This document shows positions 15,934 through 22,460 of a DNA stretch of 32,000 bases, in pieces (within the stretch, counting starts at the first letter, position 1; every line of letters starts with the position of its first letter). A model generated the notes under the pieces. The model saw only the letters and a list, made by a program, of their open reading frames with translations, was not told the DNA's origin and did not search any database. Made by a program: the position numbers and the translations under genes. This DNA comes from Candidatus Saccharimonadota bacterium (lineage in GTDB: Bacteria; Bacteroidota; Bacteroidia; Cytophagales; Amoebophilaceae). Where the stretch lies: the NCBI RefSeq assembly GCF_003351905.1, contig NZ_CP022339.1:300001-332000 (forward strand). Direction: 5' to 3'.

Positions 15934-17928
15934 GTGCCACGAAGGCCTCCTTTCTAGTGGGTGCAAGTCCCACCCTGGCAATAGGCCTGTTGGCCAGGTA
16001 GCGAGGAGTGCATCTATAAAGAGTAATTTTTGTAGATGAAGCCACTCGACGACGGCTCTGTACAAGGAGCTACGCAAACTGCGGGCCGTACGCAAGGAAC
16101 CTATATGTAGCGCCGTGAAGGTCTTACCAGAGAAATCTGGGAATTGGAGATGCTGAGCCTCTCGTCTGGTGGGCGAAAGCTGTAAAGTGACGGAAAGATA
16201 ACAGGTCAATAACCGTCACTTATCTCCCGGCGTAGCAGGGGCGGCACGTAGGAAAGAAAGGAGGAGAAACGTGGGAGATCCTGCACGGTCTTTAAGTTCC
16301 AAGAGTAAGGAAGGATATAAGGCGCAAGTCGAAGTTCGTTCCGATGCTGTGCAGGAAGTCGGGAAGATAGTAGTAGTGAAGATGGCAAGGACAACAAAAC
16401 CTTACCGGAGCGAAGGATCTTCAGTTTCGTCATGTTTTCAAAACAGGGAAAGATACCATGATTCCGCAAGGTAACCACATGGCACAAAGCGTCCGAGAAC
16501 TGCAGCGAGAACTTTATCGATCTGCTAAGTCTAATCCTAAACGCAGCTTCTACACCCTTCATGACAAAATATATAGATTGGACGTACTGGTCTGTTCATG
16601 GAAACAGGTTTGTGCAAATCACGGGGCACCAGGCATAGATGGAATAACAATAGAACAAATCAAAGAACAAGGGGAAGAAGCGTTTCTTGGACAAGTTCAA
16701 AAAGAACTGGAATCAGGAAGCTACCGAAGCAATAAGACAAAGCGCGTGGAAATACCCAAACCGAAAGGAGGAATAAGAATCTTGGGAGTGCCCACGATTA
16801 AGGACCGCTTAGTACAAACTGCAACCCGTCTTGTTATAGAGCCAATTTTTGAAGCAGACTTCCAAGAATGCTCATTTGGGTTTCGACCTAAACGATCCGC
16901 AGTCCATGCAAGTCTATCAATATATAAATGGCTTAATTACGGGCTCACCCAAGTTTTAGATATTGATTTGAAGCGATACTTTGACTCAATCCCACACGAT
17001 AAGCTTATGAAAGTCATTCAAAAGCGAATCAGTGATAGGTATGTTCTAAAGTTAATACAAGCCTGGCTTCGCTCAGGAGTCCTTAAAGGCGAAGAAGTTG
17101 CTACTCGACAAGGATCCCCTCAAGGGTCCCCCATTTCGCCCTTACTTTCTAATATATACCTGAATCTGCTAGACACAGTATGGGTCAAGCGGATGACCGA
17201 AAGGAATGGGTGGAATGCACAGATTGTCCGCTATGCGGACGATCTCGTGATAGTGTCGAATAAACCGGTAGAGAAGATTTTGGGTATTTTATGTGGGTAT
17301 CTGCAACGCTTGGGCCTTTCGATCAATGAAGAAAAGAGTCGAATGACCACGGCCGAAGAAGGTTTCAATTTCTTAGGGTATGCCTTTAAAAGGGGATACT
17401 CGCCAAGATATCAGAAACCCGTTACCCATATGTATCCTACACCTGATGCAATCAAGCGGATTATTAAGAAAGTCACGCAATTGACCTATCGGAACCGGTT
17501 GCACGAAAGTGTTGAAACTATTGTTAAAGACTTAAACGCATCCTTACTGGGGTGGACGGAGTATTACCGTCACACGGCCAGTTCTAGGAGATTTAGGAAA
17601 GTACAAGGGCATGCAAACAGGCGTCTGAGAAGATTTATCATGAAAAAGAAAGGGAGTAGGAAGAACGGGTATAAGGAACTCCCCGACGAGAAGCTCCACA
17701 AAGTGTACAAATTAGTCAATGTAGGAGCTTATCGGGTGCGATACAGATGGACGTAATGCAGACGAAGAAGACGATCCGTGCGCCGTATGAGGGAAAACCT
17801 CACGTACGGTGCGACGGGGGGGTGCTGGAAACGGGAAAGAGAGATTGGGTTATTTAGGCACGAAATCGGAAACGATGGACACGGATAAACCTGGTCCTAT
17901 ACTTCACCGCGCCAGTGCTCTACTCTAC
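15934..17928 (+). mobile_element. group II intron 3 (full length, ~2.0 kb)
   Basis: The 5' end is GTGCCACGAAGG...AGTGGGTGCAAGTCCCAC, parallel to intron 1's AGTAGGTGGAAGTCCTAC. Domain V is at ~17779-17813 (GCGCCGTATGAGGGAAAACCTCACGTACGGTGCG). The 3' terminus ACCGCGCCAGTGCTCTACTCTAC (to 17928) parallels intron 1's ACCGCGCCATTTCTCGACCCTAC. Boundaries are good to +/- a few nt. Confidence 0.8.
16458..17756 (+). CDS. ltrA: group II intron reverse transcriptase/maturase
   Basis: 432 aa. RT blocks are present (GAPGIDGITIEQI, RILGVPTIKDRLVQ, FQECSFGFRPKRS, DIDLKRYFDSIPH, GSPQGSPISPLLSNIYL, IVRYADDLVI) together with the maturase X motif LLGWTEYY. Confidence 0.93.
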   Translation: MIPQGNHMAQSVRELQRELYRSAKSNPKRSFYTLHDKIYRLDVLVCSWKQVCANHGAPGIDGITIEQIKEQGEEAFLGQVQKELESGSYRSNKTKRVEIPKPKGGIRILGVPTIKDRLVQTATRLVIEPIFEADFQECSFGFRPKRSAVHASLSIYKWLNYGLTQVLDIDLKRYFDSIPHDKLMKVIQKRISDRYVLKLIQAWLRSGVLKGEEVATRQGSPQGSPISPLLSNIYLNLLDTVWVKRMTERNGWNAQIVRYADDLVIVSNKPVEKILGILCGYLQRLGLSINEEKSRMTTAEEGFNFLGYAFKRGYSPRYQKPVTHMYPTPDAIKRIIKKVTQLTYRNRLHESVETIVKDLNASLLGWTEYYRHTASSRRFRKVQGHANRRLRRFIMKKKGSRKNGYKELPDEKLHKVYKLVNVGAYRVRYRWT

Positions 17929-18608
17929 CTTTTAAACTAGCTCGCTATGGACAGGAAAGGGGATTGAAAGCTAATTACAGCTATTATATTACAACAGATC
18001 GGCTTAAAAGGCAACAACAAAGAAGAGAAGAGCTGGTAGCTACATTAAGCAATGAAAAGAAACGGTTACACCATAGCCAGACTAATATAGATAAAGAAAG
18101 CATAGAAAGGCATATCGATTTTTTAGAAAAAGAAATAAAAATTATTGATAAAGCGTTAAATAAAACCATAACTACTGATAAGGATCTAGACGAAAAGGCT
18201 AATATACTAGAAACCATTCCAGGAATCGGGAAATGTTTAGCCACTAAATTAGTCAGTTTTTTACCTGAATTAGGTGATAGAAGCTACAGTAGTAATCAAC
18301 TATCAGCTTTAGTAGGTATAGCACCATATGCGGCTGATAGTGGGAAAAAACAGGGAAAAAGATTTATTAGGGGAGGAAGGAAAATACCACGAGATGCACT
18401 GTATATGGCTGTATTAGCAGGGAAAAAGTGGTTCCTATATTTAAAAGAATGCTATGATAGATTAGTAGGTAAATATAAGCCTAAAAAAGTGGCTATCGTA
18501 GCATGTATGAGGAAGCTCCTAGAGCTGGCGCATAAGCTTATACAACAAAAAAGAAGCTTCGTCAAAAGTATCAAAAACGAGTACAAAATGACTAAAAAAC
18601 TTGCATAG
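17929..18608 (+). pseudogene. IS110-family transposase, C-terminal (Transposase_20) half only
   Basis: LARYGQ..., LETIPGIGKCLATKLVSFLPELGD, SSNQLSALVGIAPYAADSGKKQGKRFIRGGRKIPRDALYMA, KPKKVAIVACMRKLLE. The frame is open back to the intron 3' end. The N-terminal DEDD domain is absent. Confidence 0.82.
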
Positions 18609-18618
18609 TAAGATAATA

Positions 18619-18650
18619 GCTTTTTTCTTGATAAAAAAGTGGACAAAAAA
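18619..18650. repeat. solo IS3-type terminal repeat
   Basis: gcttttttcttgataaaaaagtggacaaaaaa closely matches 31834-31864 and is the inverted counterpart of 10331-10351 and 31893-31913. Confidence 0.55.
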
Positions 18651-18678
18651 TCAAGCCCTCGGTAAAAAGTCGCTGAAA

Positions 18679-18771
18679 GTGCCATCTTCCAGATGGAAAA
18701 ACAGAAAGTACCCCTTTTGGGGGCTTCAAAGGAAACTGTTTTTCCTAATCATCTGTAAAATGCCATTTTCT
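18679..18771. repeat. nested-palindrome repeat element, copy A (~90 bp)
   Basis: About 85% identical to 25445-25533. Stems are ccagat/atctg, ggaaaaacag/ctgtttttcc, and a central cccc-tttt-gggg. Confidence 0.75.
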
Positions 18772-18992
18772 AAACCGCGACTTTTTTCAGGGGCGTTGTT
18801 CTTTTAATGTAAAAAAACAATGACTGAAACAGATACCTATCATTTTAATGGGCGTTTGCTTCCATTGCGCCCATTTAAAGCGTTCATGGCCGCCAATAAA
18901 GTTGGCACACAGCAAAGCTCAATTAAAATTATATTTTATTTGCCAGCCGACTGAATAAACACCATCAAATCCAAGCTATAAGGATTTCTATG

Positions 18993-19559
18993 CTACTTGC
19001 AGACCAATAAAAACTTTAAAGCTTCAGCGGCATTACGAGCAGCGGTAGCAGCATCCTTAGGAACATCACTCAAATTATTAATACGAAGTGCATCAGCAAC
19101 AGCACGAGCAGCGGTAGAAACAGCATTAGCACTATCCACGAACGTATTGAAAACAGACACAGAGTCAAAATCATTAGCGGCAGCAGCACGAGCGGCAGCA
19201 GCACGAGCAGCAGCAGCACGAGCAGCAGCAGCACGAGCAGCAGCAGCACGAGCAGCAGAACCAATCTTAGCAGCACGCACAGCATCATCACAAGTCTTAG
19301 CAATAATAACAGCACCATTAACAGCAGCGGTATCCGCTGCATCAGCCTGATCAAGCCTATCAGCAGCACACTTCATCTGCTGGATAAAAGCATGAATACA
19401 CTTAGGACCAGCAGAACCCTTAGAGCCACAAGCTATAGCCTTAGCAATAACACTAGGTACATCAGAATGAGCATCCTCAGTATCCATATTTTGTTTAACT
19501 ACCGTAGTACATCCACCAAATGCTAACAACCACAACGCAAAAAATTTCTTATTTTCCAT
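18993..19559 (-). CDS. alanine-rich repeat lipoprotein (hypothetical)
   Basis: Signal peptide with a lipobox-like LLAFGGC. The mature part is Ala-rich and helical-looking, with (AARAA)x5. Both antisense ORFs are repeat artefacts. Confidence 0.6.
   Translation of the reverse strand: MENKKFFALWLLAFGGCTTVVKQNMDTEDAHSDVPSVIAKAIACGSKGSAGPKCIHAFIQQMKCAADRLDQADAADTAAVNGAVIIAKTCDDAVRAAKIGSAARAAAARAAAARAAAARAAAARAAAANDFDSVSVFNTFVDSANAVSTAARAVADALRINNLSDVPKDAATAARNAAEALKFLLVCK
19180..19258. repeat. 15-bp tandem repeat, 5 full copies plus a partial one (gcagcagcacgagca)
   Basis: Direct reading gives units at 19180, 19195, 19210, 19225 and 19240. The first unit differs at its last base. It encodes AARAA on the minus strand. 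Confidence 0.9.
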
Positions 19560-19936
19560 ATCAATTCTTAATTATATAGGTTAGTGTTTAGTATTAATAA
19601 CAGCTTAGCCGGACGCCTGGGTATAGGCTCATTGGCACACCTCAAATCCAAGCAACATAGTTTAACCAGCTTCACTGAAGTAAATAGTTCTATTTAAGAG
19701 TTTAACAAAAAAATTTTACCTGTCAAAACTTTTCAATCCATGCATCAGAAGCATACTCTATTTCTATTCCATGCCTAATGGGGTTGCTTGGTGCACATTA
19801 TTTTATCGACTGATCTAAAGCAACGCATCTATAGCTTTAGCTACACCGACATTTGCGCTGCATTAGGTCCGAGGTTTTTTTAATATTTTAGTGTAATCAA
19901 ATGATCGACCTTTGTCACAAAGTATTCTTTATCCAT

Positions 19937-21016
19937 ATGTCAAACCACTGCTATTTACCCAAACCATCTATTTATAATTTAACTGAAAACGAATTAATGC
20001 TTTGGTTGGAAGCACAAGGCGAAAAACCTTTCCGTTGTACCCAAATTTGGAAGTGGCTCTACCAAAAACGAGTGAGCAGCTTTAGTGAAATGAGCGACTT
20101 AGGTTTAACGACTCGTTCTCGCTTGGATGACCATTTTTCATTGGTTTCCATGGTAGAAGATAAGGTACAATATGCAAAAGATGGCACGATCAAATGCTTA
20201 CTAAAACTGACTGATGGCAACTTAATTGAAACCGTTTTAATGGAGCATAGCTACGGCTTATCTATTTGTGTGACTACACAAGTAGGGTGTAATATTGGTT
20301 GTACTTTCTGTGCCAGTGGTCTTTTAACCAAGAAAAGAGATTTAACAGCAGGCGAAATAGTAGAACAACTGCTCCATATGCAAAAAAAATTAGATATAGC
20401 AGGGAAAAGAATTAGCCACATCGTAGTCATGGGCATCGGCGAACCATTCGATAACTATGACCACCTTTTACGCTTTATACGTATCGTTAACCACACCAAA
20501 GGCTTGGCTATTGGTGCACGCCATATTACCGTTTCTACCAGTGGACTAGATCGAAAAATAAAAGCCTTTGCACATGAAGGGCTACAGGTTAATCTTGCCC
20601 TTTCTTTGCATGCAGCCAATAACCTACTACGTACACAAATTATGAAACTCAATAAAGCCATTCCCATAGAAAAACTTATGGAAGCCATTGATTACTACTT
20701 GGCGCAAACCAACAGACGCGTAACCTTTGAATATATTCTACTTAAGGAGGTCAATGACTCAGAATCATGTGCTTTTGAGCTAGCTAATTTAATTCTAGCA
20801 CGCCATCAACGCCATCTGATTCATGTAAATCTTATTCCCTATAACCCTGTAGATGAATTGGATCATTACAAACGCAGTACCCCTAAAACCATTCATCGTT
20901 TTGTGGCCACCCTACGTGCACAGGGGATTCATGCCGTTGTGCGTGCAGAACACGGCACAGATATTGACGCCGCTTGCGGACAATTGCGCAGCAAACAACT
21001 TAAGCTAGGTACTTAA
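19937..21016 (+). CDS. rlmN: 23S rRNA/tRNA adenine-C2 methyltransferase RlmN (radical SAM)
   Basis: [16 protein letters not shown]-terminal motif, CxxxCxxC radical-SAM cluster ([12 protein letters not shown]), and C-terminal [11 protein letters not shown]. The ORF opens at 19901; the ATG at 19937 is more likely. Confidence 0.9.
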   Translation: MSNHCYLPKPSIYNLTENELMLWLEAQGEKPFRCTQIWKWLYQKRVSSFSEMSDLGLTTRSRLDDHFSLVSMVEDKVQYAKDGTIKCLLKLTDGNLIETVLMEHSYGLSICVTTQVGCNIGCTFCASGLLTKKRDLTAGEIVEQLLHMQKKLDIAGKRISHIVVMGIGEPFDNYDHLLRFIRIVNHTKGLAIGARHITVSTSGLDRKIKAFAHEGLQVNLALSLHAANNLLRTQIMKLNKAIPIEKLMEAIDYYLAQTNRRVTFEYILLKEVNDSESCAFELANLILARHQRHLIHVNLIPYNPVDELDHYKRSTPKTIHRFVATLRAQGIHAVVRAEHGTDIDAACGQLRSKQLKLGT

Positions 21017-21132
21017 TTCACACAATCTACTTTTGGCATAAATGGTTGAAAAATGGTAACTTGGCTAAGCACTTGCTTAGCAAGAAATATTTAAACCAAT
21101 CGGTCCAATGTTTACAAATAAAAAACGATATA

Positions 21133-22416
21133 ATGAATAAAATAGTTGTTACAAAAGAAGAAATTTTAGCCTATCACGCGCAATTCCCTGCTGGGAAAAT
21201 AGGTACCTGTGTCACCAAACCATTCCATACTCCTCGTGACATCATTACGGGTTATACGCCTGGTGTGGGCACTATTTGTGAAACCATTGCTGCATCTAGC
21301 GAACAAGTATATCAATATACCAACAAAGGGAACTTGGTAGGTGTGGTATCGAATGGGACAGCTGTATTAGGGTATGGTGCTATTGGTCCTTTAGCTGCCA
21401 AACCGGTTATGGAAGCCAAAGCAATGATCTTAAAAAGGTTTGCTGGAGTGGATGCATTTGACATTGAAATTGACGCTACGACTCCTGAAGCAGTGATACA
21501 AGTCATTAAAGCCTTGGCACCTACTTTTGGCGCACTTAACCTAGAGGATATTAAAGCACCGGAGTGTTTCCAGATTGAAGAAACATTAATGGCCCAGTTG
21601 GATATACCAGTTATGCACGATGACCAACATGCTACTGCTATTGTGGCAGCAGCTGCTTTATTAAATGCCTTGTTAATTGTCAATAAGGATATTGCACAGG
21701 TACAGATTGTTTTTAGTGGCGCTGGCGCAGGTGCAATCGCTACTGCAAAGCTTTTAATGGCCTTAGGAGCCAACCCAGCGCATATCATTATGTGCGACCG
21801 CAAGGGGGTAATCCGTAAGGATAGAGATGATCTTGACCCTATTAAAGCACCTTTTGCGACCGACCGCGCCGTACATACCTTGCATGATGCAGTGGTTGGG
21901 TCAGATGTCTTTATAGGCCTCTCTTCCGGTAATCTATTAATGAGTCAAAGCATAGAACGCATGACCAAGGATCCTATCATTTTTGGCTTAGCCAACCCAT
22001 TGCCAGAAATTTCTTATCGGGATGTTATGGCTACTAGACCAGATGTGATCTTTGCCACGGGACGTAGCGATTACCCAAACCAAGTAAATAATTTACTTGC
22101 TTTCCCTTACGTTTTTAGAGGCGCCTTGGATGTACGTGCTTCTGCCATTAATGGCGCCATGCAACAAGCTGCTGTACAAGCTATTCAACAATTGGCACAA
22201 GAAGAAGTACCGGTTTGTGTACGCAAATACTATGGTGGAACCATCCATTTTGGTAAAGAATATCTACTCCCTAAACCGATGGATGCCCGTTTGCTTCCTA
22301 CCGTCTCTATAGCCGTTGCGCAAGCTGCTATGGATTCTGGTGTGGCTAAAAAGCCTATTCATGATTGGGATGCTTATAAAATGCAGTTATTAGAACGGGT
22401 AGGGCATCAAAACTAA
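21133..22416 (+). CDS. NAD(P)-dependent malic enzyme (short form, no PTA domain)
   Basis: VVSNGTAVLGYGAIGPLAAKPVMEAKAMILKRFAGVDAFDIEI, NLEDIKAPECFQIEE, IPVMHDDQHATAIV, GAGAGAIA. The conserved region starts at MNKIVVTKEE (ATG 21133). Confidence 0.88.
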   Translation: MNKIVVTKEEILAYHAQFPAGKIGTCVTKPFHTPRDIITGYTPGVGTICETIAASSEQVYQYTNKGNLVGVVSNGTAVLGYGAIGPLAAKPVMEAKAMILKRFAGVDAFDIEIDATTPEAVIQVIKALAPTFGALNLEDIKAPECFQIEETLMAQLDIPVMHDDQHATAIVAAAALLNALLIVNKDIAQVQIVFSGAGAGAIATAKLLMALGANPAHIIMCDRKGVIRKDRDDLDPIKAPFATDRAVHTLHDAVVGSDVFIGLSSGNLLMSQSIERMTKDPIIFGLANPLPEISYRDVMATRPDVIFATGRSDYPNQVNNLLAFPYVFRGALDVRASAINGAMQQAAVQAIQQLAQEEVPVCVRKYYGGTIHFGKEYLLPKPMDARLLPTVSIAVAQAAMDSGVAKKPIHDWDAYKMQLLERVGHQN

Positions 22417-22460
22417 TCATAGATGGCCACTACCTAGCTGAATGGATTGATTACACACTT

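Noticed and set aside
15886-16562. ORFs 15886..16209(-), 16206..16562(-) and 16271..16474(+)
   Set aside because: They lie within the 5' ribozyme domains of group II intron 3, upstream of its RT, and are GC-richer structured RNA, not coding sequence.
7293-17756. The possibility that the reverse transcriptases belong to retrons, DGRs or Abi-type defence systems
   Set aside because: Both full-length RTs carry the maturase X motif (RGWxNYF / LGWTEYY). Both are flanked by a GUGYG-type 5' end and a recognisable domain V. I noticed no template/variable-repeat pair or msr/msd-like repeat.
18820-18954. A 44-codon ORF (MTETDTYHFNGRLLPLRPFKAFMAANKVG...) containing an 8-bp hairpin at ~18847-18875
   Set aside because: It is too short, and I recognised no family or convincing ribosome-binding context. 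It may be another gene fragment.
19180-19258. A CRISPR array, considering both the 15-bp tandem repeat and the two ~90-bp palindromic elements
   Set aside because: The 15-bp units are contiguous with no spacers and are coding. The palindromic elements are 6.7 kb apart and occur as single units. There are no cas genes.
18997-19369. ORFs 18997..19350(+) and 19070..19369(-) (Ala/Arg-rich and Leu-rich)
   Set aside because: They are produced by the GCA/GCN tandem repeat being open in several frames. Only the minus-strand frame, with a signal peptide and lipobox (18993..19559), makes a plausible protein.
21312-21803. ORF 21312..21803(-) antisense in the malic-enzyme gene, plus 20251..20436, 20455..20688, 22097..22312, 22653..22865, 28135..28353, 28670..28924, 30168..30353, 30443..30664, 30855..31121 and 31311..31550
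   Set aside because: All are embedded in, or antisense to, strongly supported genes and have no recognisable motifs.
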